From: a virus
Taxonomy: Duplodnaviria; Heunggongvirae; Uroviricota; Caudoviricetes
Length of the DNA stretch: 64,000 bases
Virus record (IMG/VR): IMGVR_UViG_3300028833_002727
Reading direction: 5' to 3' (one strand)
Shown one piece after another: positions 9,658-18,864 of this stretch (the first letter of the stretch is position 1; every line of letters begins with the position of its first letter). The translations under genes were made by a program, and so were the position numbers. The notes beneath the pieces were generated by a model. The model saw only the letters and a program-made list of their open reading frames with translations. It ran no database searches and was not told the origin of the DNA.

Positions 9658-9916
9658 ATGTGTTTGAATCTATCACAACTTGTGATGGGATAGGTACATA
9701 GATACGTTTATAGAAATCGAGCATGGTTTCATCCGGGGATGCTTTCTCCATATACAAATCTGAATAACCATCAGTTGCAATACAGAAATATCTATCCCAA
9801 TTCCAAATACGTTTAATTTTACTCATAGGAATTAACCTATCACGTACCTGGTTCTTTTCACCATTGTCATAGCGATAGAATGAATTTTCAAAGTATAAAA
9901 AACAATCACTTGTCAT
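9656..9916 (-). CDS. Hypothetical protein
   Basis: ORF in operon. Confidence 0.55.
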   Translation of the reverse strand: MTSDCFLYFENSFYRYDNGEKNQVRDRLIPMSKIKRIWNWDRYFCIATDGYSDLYMEKASPDETMLDFYKRIYVPIPSQVVIDSNT

Positions 9917-10304
9917 TTTTCTTGAAGTATTTAAATGTTACGTTAATAAACAATATTGCAAGCGTACCAATAAACGCGGACATATATAAACCCGTACCAA
10001 CAAGACATCCAATTGCTGCGGAAGCCCATATTGTCGCTGCTGTCGTTAATCCATGAACCTTATCTTCGTGTTTAAATATGATTCCAGCACCAATAAAGCC
10101 GATTCCAGACACTATCTGTGCTATGACGCGGGAATTATCACCTCCAAATATTTCGGGCGACATGAGGCAAAAGAGAGTGGAACCAAGACAAATCAGTGAG
10201 ATTGTCCTGGAACCAACGGCTTTACCGCTATTTTCCCTTTCGATACCAATCATGTATCCGAAAAGAATTGATAATCCTATTTTAAACAGTACGACTAAAT
10301 CCAT
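9906..10304 (-). CDS. MgtC/SapB family membrane protein
   Basis: IGIERE...G.RT, RVIAQIVSGIGFIGAG, GLTTAATIW. Confidence 0.9.
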   Translation of the reverse strand: MDLVVLFKIGLSILFGYMIGIERENSGKAVGSRTISLICLGSTLFCLMSPEIFGGDNSRVIAQIVSGIGFIGAGIIFKHEDKVHGLTTAATIWASAAIGCLVGTGLYMSAFIGTLAILFINVTFKYFKKNDK

Positions 10305-10534
10305 TATTTTTTGTTTTTTCTAAATAGCCAGAAGAAGAATATTCTCCAGGTTATCGCCGGGTAATAATTTGGGAATGGTTGAAATCCACCAATCCACATG
10401 GCAACACCATCTTCGTTGTAGAAGGTTTTGTATCCTGGGAAAAGTCTGTAAAAATATATAGCATCCTTGCCATGCTTTTTTAGTTTGCGTGACAGCCAAA
10501 AAGGTATTATGTTGTCTGTTGAAAGCATAATCAA
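10304..10534 (-). CDS. Hypothetical protein
   Basis: Coupled to both neighbours. Confidence 0.5.
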   Translation of the reverse strand: MIMLSTDNIIPFWLSRKLKKHGKDAIYFYRLFPGYKTFYNEDGVAMWIGGFQPFPNYYPAITWRIFFFWLFRKNKK

Positions 10535-10857
10535 TCACAATATTCACTCATTTTACGTAAGTAGTACAAGTACCACTGTGGGATTTCAGTTAACTCGTAA
10601 TCATACGCCCATGATTCCCATTTCAATTTTTCTCTCCACCACTTGAGACTAAATAGCCAGTCACACTTTTTATCATTAGATGAACTGCTAGTATCATACC
10701 AGCCACCTAGAAATACCCACGCCATTGGTAATGCTACAAACAACAGGAATATGTTCCATAGCACCCAAAATATGATACTAAATATCCAAATTGGAAATGC
10801 TATGATAGCGTAAAGTATAACTAACAGCCTCAAGAATATAAAAGCGATGCGTTTCAT
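10531..10857 (-). CDS. Membrane hypothetical protein
   Basis: Long hydrophobic N-terminus. Confidence 0.6.
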   Translation of the reverse strand: MKRIAFIFLRLLVILYAIIAFPIWIFSIIFWVLWNIFLLFVALPMAWVFLGGWYDTSSSSNDKKCDWLFSLKWWREKLKWESWAYDYELTEIPQWYLYYLRKMSEYCD

Positions 10858-10858
10858 A

Positions 10859-11317
10859 TTATTGCAGTCTACTTTTTACAATCTGCGCAACAAGGCCACC
10901 ATCGGCAGTCGGTAATGCTGCTTTGATTGTTTTAATGATGACACCCATGTTATTTTTAGTTGGCTCAAAGCCATCTTGTCCAATAACGTCATTAAAACAT
11001 TTCAAAATGTCTTCCTCAGTTGCTGCCTGTGGCAAGAACTCCTGAATAACGTTCAACTGTGCTTTCTCGTGCTCAGCCAACTCGGTACGTCCTGCTTTCT
11101 CGAACTCAGCGATTGATTCTTGACGCTGTTTTACCATCTTGTTAAGGATTTGGATTTCCGCAGCCTCATCAAGCGTCTTACCAACGTTAGCCTTAGAAGT
11201 TCTCCACTCCATGAAAGCGGTTTTCATGCTTCGAAGTGTCTCTGTGCGCACTGTATCGTGTGCTTTCATCGCTGACATGATGAACATGTCAATTTTGTCG
11301 TTAACTAAATTGTTCAT
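10859..11317 (-). CDS. GatB/YqeY domain protein
   Basis: AMKAHD...LR, KMVKQRQESI.EF.KAGR.EL, FLP, MG...ADG. Confidence 0.9.
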   Translation of the reverse strand: MNNLVNDKIDMFIMSAMKAHDTVRTETLRSMKTAFMEWRTSKANVGKTLDEAAEIQILNKMVKQRQESIAEFEKAGRTELAEHEKAQLNVIQEFLPQAATEEDILKCFNDVIGQDGFEPTKNNMGVIIKTIKAALPTADGGLVAQIVKSRLQ

Positions 11318-11702
11318 TTGTGTTTGTGTTGTTTTTTAACATTTCTATGTAATTTTTAAGTGTTTCGGTATCGAAGCACCTAATCTTTGTCTTTTTACTC
11401 AAAATCCACGCGCGAGGAATACGTAATTGTGTAAATACGCGTGCTTTTCCATCAATGTTTGGGTTATTCATGTCAACCAAACAACCCTCGAATTGAACAC
11501 CATCATCGTATGCTTTTACGCCACCTTTCACGTAGTAGCAAAGTGTGGTATCTTGATACTCGCGAGTATTAGTCACTACCAAGAAAGTATCGTATGGAAG
11601 TGTCCACGCGAAGCGTCTCACTAAGTCTGCCATATATGCGAATGTTAGTGCTACACCCGCAACAATAAGCACACCACCTAAAAATATCCAGAGTACTATC
11701 AT
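11301..11702 (-). CDS. Membrane-anchored hypothetical protein
   Basis: N-terminal TM helix. Confidence 0.6.
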   Translation of the reverse strand: MIVLWIFLGGVLIVAGVALTFAYMADLVRRFAWTLPYDTFLVVTNTREYQDTTLCYYVKGGVKAYDDGVQFEGCLVDMNNPNIDGKARVFTQLRIPRAWILSKKTKIRCFDTETLKNYIEMLKNNTNTNEQFS

Positions 11703-12133
11703 TATCTACTACCTTTCTTTTTTTTACGTTCGTTTGTTATACTTGTTTCACCCATTTCCCTAACAACGCGTTCAGCGTCTTCAACGTATCTAACGTCCAC
11801 TAAATCGTTTAATACGAGTTCGTGTGGTATTTTGATGGTTTTTATTGTTGGGGCATTTTCGTTTATCACAGGATAATTTGGGTTAATGTCACTACCATAC
11901 ACCAATATATCTGTATCACCAACGAGAGGATTAGTGTCGTTGACATAATAACCGCGAATGTATGATGAACTATCCTTTTTTTCACGAATAAGTAGAATAC
12001 ATTTCTTTGGTAATAACAAGGTGAATGTTCTCAGTTTTTCCTTGTTCAGATGCATCTTGTTAATTGCGTGTGCAAGGATGTATATCATGTACAAGCCAAT
12101 CAATATGGCTATGACTCTTAAAGCGATTGCCAT
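11702..12133 (-). CDS. Membrane-anchored hypothetical protein
   Basis: N-terminal TM helix; similar layout to downstream gene. Confidence 0.6.
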   Translation of the reverse strand: MAIALRVIAILIGLYMIYILAHAINKMHLNKEKLRTFTLLLPKKCILLIREKKDSSSYIRGYYVNDTNPLVGDTDILVYGSDINPNYPVINENAPTIKTIKIPHELVLNDLVDVRYVEDAERVVREMGETSITNERKKKKGSR

Positions 12134-12540
12134 TATTTTTCTTCTTCTTTTGGTTTTTTATTATTCAGTTTTTCGAGAATGTATGCAACAAACTCGTCTT
12201 GGATTTTCACCGCTTCGTCCTCGGTTAGTTTAAACCCACCTACTCCGGTGAGTTTACCCCAACCACGAACACGAATGACTGGTTTGTCAGAACCTTCAGC
12301 GAAGATATGACAACCTTTGCTAACAAATTTGTCAGGCTTACCCCATTGTTCCGAGTCATTGTACGGACGTGTACCATTGATAATCTCAAGGAGTTCTTGA
12401 TACAATGTCGGCACGAGGTTCGGAATTAACACATCGTAAGCCATAGACATTCCTTCACCTGCACACCATGCCTTAAACGGGAGAATATCGTCGTTGATGC
12501 GTAATGGGAACGGATAATAATCTTTAAATGTTTTGTCCAT
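12133..12540 (-). CDS. Conserved phage hypothetical protein
   Basis: IRVRGWGKLTGVGG..L..EA..IQD motif. Confidence 0.7.
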   Translation of the reverse strand: MDKTFKDYYPFPLRINDDILPFKAWCAGEGMSMAYDVLIPNLVPTLYQELLEIINGTRPYNDSEQWGKPDKFVSKGCHIFAEGSDKPVIRVRGWGKLTGVGGFKLTEDEAVKIQDEFVAYILEKLNNKKPKEEEK

Positions 12541-12556
12541 GTTGTGCTAGTTTTTG

Positions 12557-13408
12557 TTAGTTATTTCCGTCAATATTGACGATAGGCATCATATCCTTGC
12601 CACTTTGTACCTTGGGAAGATGTCCATCCCACTTCTCAATCCAGTCTTCCATGACAATCATGCGACTCAAAGAAGCGGAAATCGTACGGTTGTAGTATGC
12701 CTCTGCATCTGCCTTTACGCGCATGGCCTTTGCATCACCCTCAGCCTTTGCTACAGCAATCTCAGCCTCAGCCTTTGCTTTCTCAACCTCGTTCTTAGCT
12801 TTGAGTGCGCTTTGAACTGCGGCGTTCTTTGCGTTAATAGTCTCGACAAGACTCTTAGGCGGCTCAATCTGAGAGGTAAACTGCTCTACGTAGAAACCTT
12901 CTGCGATAAGTGTAGAATCAAGCATGTCCTTTACAGCGTCCTCGAAATCTGCTCTGTGTGCGATAAGTTCATCTGCGGTGTATCGGTTAGCATTGATACG
13001 ATACGCGTCATAGATTGCTACACGCATGTAATTCTCTTCAATGTACTCCAACGGTTTACGGTACTTCGCGAATACATCTACTGCGCGTTCACGTATCAAT
13101 CGGTAGTTAAGGTTCGGGTCCATTTCGAACTTAGAACCGTCTTTGGTTTGTACGATAAACGGCTTGTAGTTAGCGGAGCGTACACGTGTCTCGTAGGTAA
13201 ATACGTCAGTTGTAATCGGGCAGTAGAAGACGTAACCAGTTACTGTGGTTGCATCAAGCGTACCCTGCTCGGTGAGCGACAACTTGTTGAACTTGATACC
13301 TACCTCTGAGGAATCAACTCGCGTGCAACGAACCATCGTACACGAAACGAAAATCAAAATTACGGCTAAAACGCCGAGTTTCACTAAAAATTTTTGCCAA
13401 TTTTCCAT
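12557..13408 (-). CDS. SPFH/band 7/prohibitin domain protein
   Basis: TM anchor, VDSSEVGIK, TKDG, AEAEIAVAKAEGDA coiled coil, IEKWDGHLP. Confidence 0.9.
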   Translation of the reverse strand: MENWQKFLVKLGVLAVILIFVSCTMVRCTRVDSSEVGIKFNKLSLTEQGTLDATTVTGYVFYCPITTDVFTYETRVRSANYKPFIVQTKDGSKFEMDPNLNYRLIRERAVDVFAKYRKPLEYIEENYMRVAIYDAYRINANRYTADELIAHRADFEDAVKDMLDSTLIAEGFYVEQFTSQIEPPKSLVETINAKNAAVQSALKAKNEVEKAKAEAEIAVAKAEGDAKAMRVKADAEAYYNRTISASLSRMIVMEDWIEKWDGHLPKVQSGKDMMPIVNIDGNN

Positions 13409-13453
13409 TGTTTTGTTTGTTTTAAATTGTTAATATTGTTTTGTTTTTGTTAA

Positions 13454-13753
13454 TTATTCGTATCGGTTGTTACATGGGCAATCCGGATTGTGCGTTACGG
13501 CAATTCCGGTTCTATCTGTGAATATGATATATTCATGCCCATCATATTCAATTTTGTTAATAACACCACGTATTTTACTTTTATGGTATTGATATTGAAA
13601 GTCACCTTCATATGTACCAATAACGTTTTCGGTGTTGTTATCTTCAAATCGTGATTCCGTTGTTTCACAGCTGCAACTAGTGAGACACGTACTAACACAA
13701 AAGAAAATCATTGCAACCAAAAACATTTTCATTACGAGTCTAAATTTCTCCAT
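13454..13753 (-). CDS. Putative lipoprotein
   Basis: LTSC lipobox-like; DGHEYIIF...HNPDCPC. Confidence 0.65.
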   Translation of the reverse strand: MEKFRLVMKMFLVAMIFFCVSTCLTSCSCETTESRFEDNNTENVIGTYEGDFQYQYHKSKIRGVINKIEYDGHEYIIFTDRTGIAVTHNPDCPCNNRYE

Positions 13754-13900
13754 ATCATGTGTATTTTTCTAAGTTAGTTTGTTTTGTTTCTTTTTTTACT
13801 TCCTTTTTCTCTGACCGAATTATATCGTCATACGATGGTATGTCATCATCTTCGCGACCAACAAATACGAATGATGCCAACATCATTAATATGAAACTCA

Positions 13901-14173
13901 TTATTGTTCAAGTTTTACTCGTACATTAAATTTCTCGTTAACATTTACGACAATGGTGTCGTTTTTAGTGGGCTGTGTTTTATCAACACTAACCAGGAAG
14001 TTAATCATTTTTTCCTGGGTTTCAACACGTTTTTCCAATTCCTCCACCTTGTCAAGTGCAGTAGTATTGAGGGCGCGTGTGAATACAAGTAAAAGGATTA
14101 TCATGAGAATGATAACAACTTCAATCATCGGCCACATGAATTTTCTCAAATCTTCTTTTAATTGTGCATCCAT
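13901..14173 (-). CDS. Membrane protein with coiled coil
   Basis: Start MDAQLK fits the promoter at 14225-14256; TM helix. Confidence 0.6.
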   Translation of the reverse strand: MDAQLKEDLRKFMWPMIEVVIILMIILLLVFTRALNTTALDKVEELEKRVETQEKMINFLVSVDKTQPTKNDTIVVNVNEKFNVRVKLEQ

Positions 14174-14224
14174 TTTTCTGATCTTTTTAATTGTTAATAA
14201 TGTTATTTGTTTCAAAATCTGGTG

Positions 14225-14256
14225 CAAAGATACAACAAAAATTTCAATTAACCAAA
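14225..14256 (-). promoter_or_regulatory. Bacteroidota sigma-A type early promoter
   Basis: TTTG-N20-TATCTTTG. Confidence 0.8.
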
Positions 14257-14260
14257 TATA

Positions 14261-14890
14261 TTATAGAAAAAAGCACAAAAAAAAATGTTTGCAATGTCTT
14301 CGTTTCTTAATTTCGTGGTAACTTAGATATGCAAACATTAGTAATAAAAGTGGTACTATTGCGTCACCTATTTGAGTTGGTGGATATTGATAACCTTGAA
14401 TTGAACCTGATGGTATTGTATGTCCATAAAGTAAAGTCCAATGCCACCCTAATAAGTTATCCCATTCAGACACATTACCTTCATCATCCTCCCGATACCA
14501 TCTGTCTTTACTTTCATTGTAATAATATGTATATCCATCTTCCCAGAATGATTCACCCCTACCTATCCACGTTCCTTGTTCAGGGCCTGAAGTGCTTGAA
14601 CCAGTTTCATTTCCATTATCGTCATACCCTTTTACTTTTCTTACTCCTGGCCTTCCACTTCCTCCATTGTTCGCATTCCCATTAAAATATGGGTTATATG
14701 TACCAGAATATGTTGATGTATTTAAATTCTGGTATGCTGATGGTGTGAATTGCCCATTAGAATAATTAGTAGTATAACCAATCTTTGTTTGAGGTTGGTA
14801 TGTAGACATATTACTTTGATACATATGTGCATGTACTAAAGTAGTGTATAATAGTAATAATATGATATATATTGCTCGTTTCATAATCAA
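14261..14890 (-). CDS. Exported protein with C-terminal sorting-signal-like tail
   Basis: N-terminal signal peptide; C-term PTQIGDAIVPLLLLMFAY...KKRR. Confidence 0.6.
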   Translation of the reverse strand: MIMKRAIYIILLLLYTTLVHAHMYQSNMSTYQPQTKIGYTTNYSNGQFTPSAYQNLNTSTYSGTYNPYFNGNANNGGSGRPGVRKVKGYDDNGNETGSSTSGPEQGTWIGRGESFWEDGYTYYYNESKDRWYREDDEGNVSEWDNLLGWHWTLLYGHTIPSGSIQGYQYPPTQIGDAIVPLLLLMFAYLSYHEIKKRRHCKHFFLCFFL

Positions 14891-15007
14891 AAATATGTTT
14901 TATAACATAAATATACAAAAAATTTAAAAAATTTAAAAAGATGTATATTTAGTCTATAATGATAATAGAAAAAGTATTTATTGGTGAAAAAATATAGGTT
15001 AAAAAAT

Positions 15008-15304
15008 ATGAAAAAAATTCTAAGTATGATAATGCTATGCGTCATTAGCATTATGTGTTTTGGTGAAAATTATTATTGGGAAAAAGTAAAATTAACATCA
15101 TCTGAATATCATAAAGATGGTGAATACATTATTTGTTATGAAACACCAGGAAATAAAATAAAAGTTTTCCAAAATTTTATGACACAAGCGATAACAATAA
15201 ACAAAACTAACGACTCAAATGAGAAAAAAAGAAAGAGTAGAAGATTAACCTCTACTCTTTTTCTTTTGTCCGTATTCTTCTATTACTTGAAGAATATGAT
15301 TTGA
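15008..15304 (+). CDS. Secreted hypothetical protein (possibly truncated)
   Basis: MKKILSMIMLCVISIMCFG signal peptide; TATTTAT at 14975; reads through a terminator hairpin. Confidence 0.4.
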   Translation: MKKILSMIMLCVISIMCFGENYYWEKVKLTSSEYHKDGEYIICYETPGNKIKVFQNFMTQAITINKTNDSNEKKRKSRRLTSTLFLLSVFFYYLKNMI

Positions 15305-15475
15305 ACCCATGAGTTGAAACGTTAACTCATCAGCAAGTTCTACTGCTGTTCTGGCTATTTGAGCGCCGCTATCATATTTGTAGTAGTCAGACACTCTCAG
15401 GTTAGCACATATTTTTGCAGCAGTTTCGTTGCGAAAAGCAAACCAGTCAAACGGCTTCTTATTCATATTTATCAA
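15245..15475 (-). CDS. Hypothetical phage protein
   Basis: DW..FR.E.A...IA..AVELADEL motif. Confidence 0.6.
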   Translation of the reverse strand: MINMNKKPFDWFAFRNETAAKICANLRVSDYYKYDSGAQIARTAVELADELTFQLMGSNHILQVIEEYGQKKKSRG

Positions 15476-16346
15476 TTGGAGCGAAATAGAAGTTATACAC
15501 TACACGCTCGGTAACGCGTCCATCCTCGTCACGCTTCCACATACGAACAGGAATTTCATATCTGGAATTCTCAAGGTAGTTCTGCAAATCTTCATCACTC
15601 TCAATCTCGAAGCCGTTAATCTTTTCACGTTCGATTAAGTGATGGATATGTTCTTTTGTGAACTCAAGACACTTCTCTACGTTGTCACAAACAACGACAG
15701 GGAAAATACCGTTTGTGGTAATATCGTAGTCCGGGGTGCAGATACCTAACTTCTGAAGCAAGTTTTTTTTCTTCATTTTAGTTTCGCTCTTGATTACCTG
15801 CACGATGTACGGCGTTACCGTCTGTACACCATCTTTATCTACGGTGTATTCAACATGTGATGCCATTTTGAGAATGGTATGCTCATGTCCGAATGCCCAA
15901 TCGTAATTTTTAACATCGCACAAGCGAATCCAGCGAATATCGGAAGTTTCACCCTCTTCGTTCGCAGCGTTAGACAACGGATACTCGTCTATTGTACCTG
16001 CGAGTTTTACCCAGAAACGGAGGTTGATATTCTTGTCACCATCCTCACTGAAACTTACTGAGTCAAAGGTAAACTGCTCAGGTTTCAGTTTTACGCCAGT
16101 TTCCTCGTAGGTTTCGCGCGCTACACCCTCGTTACCGTTCTTGTCAGCAAAGTCGATGTAACCACACGGTACGTTCCACTTACCAACGTTTGTCGGAGCG
16201 CCAGGCCCGCGTTGATTTGCGAGTACACAAAGGTAACCCTCTTTGTCTGCACAGAATACGTAACCTACAGTTGTGCAGGAACGACTTCTCCAATAAGTTT
16301 GTCCATCTTCCACGAACGGGAAGTTATACATTTTTCTTTCACCCAT
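15459..16346 (-). CDS. Nudix hydrolase (ADP-ribose pyrophosphatase-like) with C-terminal extension
   Basis: WNVPCGY...GVARETYEETGV Nudix box; WAFGH. Confidence 0.85.
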   Translation of the reverse strand: MGERKMYNFPFVEDGQTYWRSRSCTTVGYVFCADKEGYLCVLANQRGPGAPTNVGKWNVPCGYIDFADKNGNEGVARETYEETGVKLKPEQFTFDSVSFSEDGDKNINLRFWVKLAGTIDEYPLSNAANEEGETSDIRWIRLCDVKNYDWAFGHEHTILKMASHVEYTVDKDGVQTVTPYIVQVIKSETKMKKKNLLQKLGICTPDYDITTNGIFPVVVCDNVEKCLEFTKEHIHHLIEREKINGFEIESDEDLQNYLENSRYEIPVRMWKRDEDGRVTERVVYNFYFAPIDKYE

Positions 16347-16361
16347 ATTGTTTTATCTTTG

Positions 16362-16568
16362 TTATTTTTGGAACACGTTTTTTCGCATCATATCTAACCA
16401 GTTCTCATCCCATCCTAACACATCAGGGTAGAGGAACATTGCTTCACTTGCGTATTTGTTTTCTGCCATGTATTCAGCGATGCGTTGATTGTAGATGTCC
16501 CAAGTCTCTTGGAATGTTTTGGTTCGAATATTTCTGTTGTATTCGTTAATTATTTCAAGTGCGTCCAT
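16362..16568 (-). CDS. Hypothetical protein
   Basis: ORF between pncB and Nudix. Confidence 0.55.
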   Translation of the reverse strand: MDALEIINEYNRNIRTKTFQETWDIYNQRIAEYMAENKYASEAMFLYPDVLGWDENWLDMMRKNVFQK

Positions 16569-16716
16569 TTTTATTCAATTTAACTAAACGAAGCAAGCCA
16601 TTGGAACTCATCCTTTACTTACATATTATGCGTCTGAAAAAGTTTATTACATATAAAGGAGAAACTTATACCAACCTTGCCAATTATTTCATATCCAATG
16701 GCTTACCGTTTAGTCG

Positions 16717-17973
16717 TTAATGTTTTTTGAAAATGTTTGCCACTCTTGCGAAGAAGCCAACATGTTCAGTTTCAGCAACTGGTTCAGACTCGGTGGTGCT
16801 CTTTACATCGAGCTTCAAGCCAAGTTCGATGCTAGCAGCCTGGATTTCCTTGCTGTCCCCCATTACCTTACCCTCGTCGTCAGAAATCTTGATGCAGTGT
16901 ACCCAATCCTGCTTTGCGTTCATACGACACTTCATCAGTTTCATAACGATGTTCATAGGAGTAGCGCCTACGTCGTTGGTGAGGTTTGTACCGATACCTG
17001 CGCAGCACTTGCCAATTTTCCCCCGGCAAGCGTCATTGATTTCCTTGAATTTCGGGAAGTCAAGCGCATTGGAGAAGATGATAGTCTTCAGCATCGGGTC
17101 TACACCCAGTTCACGATAGCGTTCTACCGCCTTGTTCAGGAACTCAATCTCGTCCCCAGAGTCTTGACGGATTCCGTCAAACAGTTTTGCCTGTTTCAGT
17201 GAGAAGTTACGGAAGAATGCGTTGCTGGTGTAGGTGTCCGTGAGGGCAGTACCGAGCGCACCGTCAAATACCTTAACCCAAGACTCGTAAGCCTCGTAGT
17301 TGGCATGACGATAGCCGAAGTTTGCACCATGGAACATAATCCACTCGTGAGCAACAGTGCCGATTGGCTTCATGTCGTACTTCATTGCAAGGTGTACGTT
17401 GGACGTTCCTACGCAATACTTAGAGTTCGCTTTGAGATAGCCAACCACTTTGTCTTGAACATCGTAACTGAAACGACGGCGAGTTCCGAATTCTGAATAC
17501 AACAGATGCTCATCGTTGGAAAGTTTTACTTTCGGTTCGAGTCTACCGAAGATGTCCTCATCGGTAATAGTGTGATTACTGTTGTTAAGTTCTGAAACGG
17601 TTGCGAGAATAGGTACCTCATAGAGGGTAACCTTGTAGAGTTTGTCACATACGGTGATGTGAAGATGTGCTTGCTCGTCGAGCCATACCTTGATTTTCTC
17701 AGGCTCGTAGCGGAAGCCTTTAAGCCACTCCCAGTAACAAGCAGGAATGTACGGCATAGCCTTGATAGCCCATGCAAGTTCCTCGTCTGTGAGTGCCAGT
17801 TGCGACATTTTATTGAATTCCTCTTTAAGTTGTTCTACAAAGATGTCGTCAAACTTCATAGAATGATTTCGGTTGTTGAACTCGAATTCTCCCTCTGCAT
17901 CTGGGAACAGTTTCATATAACCGTAACCCATAGAGAATTTATACAAGTCGTTGTCGAGAATACTTTTAATCAT
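16717..17973 (-). CDS. pncB: Nicotinate phosphoribosyltransferase
   Basis: ILDNDLYKFSM, EFGTRRRFS, GTSNV, GTVAHEW, ALTDTY, GIRQDSG, GIGTNLTND, KISDD.GK. Confidence 0.93.
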   Translation of the reverse strand: MIKSILDNDLYKFSMGYGYMKLFPDAEGEFEFNNRNHSMKFDDIFVEQLKEEFNKMSQLALTDEELAWAIKAMPYIPACYWEWLKGFRYEPEKIKVWLDEQAHLHITVCDKLYKVTLYEVPILATVSELNNSNHTITDEDIFGRLEPKVKLSNDEHLLYSEFGTRRRFSYDVQDKVVGYLKANSKYCVGTSNVHLAMKYDMKPIGTVAHEWIMFHGANFGYRHANYEAYESWVKVFDGALGTALTDTYTSNAFFRNFSLKQAKLFDGIRQDSGDEIEFLNKAVERYRELGVDPMLKTIIFSNALDFPKFKEINDACRGKIGKCCAGIGTNLTNDVGATPMNIVMKLMKCRMNAKQDWVHCIKISDDEGKVMGDSKEIQAASIELGLKLDVKSTTESEPVAETEHVGFFARVANIFKKH

Positions 17974-17999
17974 ATCTTTTTCTTTTTAATTGGTTAGAC

Positions 18000-18263
18000 T
18001 TAACGCGATTCAACAAAATACACTGTGGTTTCCATTATACCCCACGACGAACTTTCCTGAAACGTTTTCGTTACAGGAACATAGTCATCAGTCATAGGAC
18101 GAGTGAGATAAAACAAATCGTCCTGTTTCCATGTTGCTTCCATCAACTCTTGTCCAGCAGGAAGATTGACAGTCATTGTACCGCCATATTCGCGGGTTAA
18201 TTGTTGTTCAGTACATCCGCAGAAGCAGATGAATAATACTGCAAGTAAAAAAAGTTTTTTCAT
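18000..18263 (-). CDS. Putative lipoprotein
   Basis: Signal peptide with GC; TR.YGG...LP.G..L...TWK..DL.YLTRPM phage family motif. Confidence 0.7.
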   Translation of the reverse strand: MKKLFLLAVLFICFCGCTEQQLTREYGGTMTVNLPAGQELMEATWKQDDLFYLTRPMTDDYVPVTKTFQESSSWGIMETTVYFVESR

Positions 18264-18280
18264 TTTATTCCTTATTTATT

Positions 18281-18526
18281 TTATTGTTTATCTGTTGTAG
18301 TGTTACCCAGCGGGCAAAAATCACCTGGTATATCAATTCCAGTACGTTTCGAAGTTGTCCGTGCACATTCAGTCCAATGTAAATCTTCGTGAACGATTTT
18401 TTTGAGTTTAGTGCAGTAAACCGCATAATCATCTTCCTCGAAGTCTGGATTCCAATACGGCCCGTTTACTTGACTAAAAGGGCATAAACTGCAATATAAT
18501 GGACGTATGCTAATTTCTGCTGACAT
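18281..18526 (-). CDS. Cys-rich hypothetical protein
   Basis: CxxCP...C...CPL. Confidence 0.6.
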   Translation of the reverse strand: MSAEISIRPLYCSLCPFSQVNGPYWNPDFEEDDYAVYCTKLKKIVHEDLHWTECARTTSKRTGIDIPGDFCPLGNTTTDKQ

Positions 18527-18530
18527 TTTT

Positions 18531-18824
18531 TTATATCCTATTTAGTTTGATACGAATTGTTTTGTATTTCTTTCTGATCTTTTCTCTTTCGTCAGAAGTT
18601 AATTCTTTTTTTGAGTTTCCTATGTGCCATTTCCCACACACTGGACATTGATAAGATACCATTTTGTGAACTTGTTTGTCTTGGATGTTCATTTCGTAAC
18701 ATCGTAGGACTGCATCGTCTTCAGTGTTGTATTTTATCTTTGGCTGTCCATTTAGTAAAAAATGCGACTTTGGAACTCTGACAAGTTTGTCATCTACCAC
18801 AAGCATATTTGTTTCGTTTTTCAA
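18531..18824 (-). CDS. Small Zn-ribbon phage protein
   Basis: K..Y.T...A...YQCPVCGKWHIG; start may be 18806. Confidence 0.65.
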   Translation of the reverse strand: MKNETNMLVVDDKLVRVPKSHFLLNGQPKIKYNTEDDAVLRCYEMNIQDKQVHKMVSYQCPVCGKWHIGNSKKELTSDEREKIRKKYKTIRIKLNRI

Positions 18825-18832
18825 ATCTGCTG

Positions 18833-18864
18833 CAAAGGTAATACAAATTTTTCAATTAACCAAA
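18833..18864 (-). promoter_or_regulatory. Bacteroidota sigma-A type early promoter
   Basis: TTTG-N20-TACCTTTG. Confidence 0.8.

Noticed and set aside
12554-13309. 251-aa plus-strand ORF
   Set aside because: Antisense shadow of the SPFH gene
16720-17997. Several plus-strand ORFs
   Set aside because: Antisense shadows of pncB
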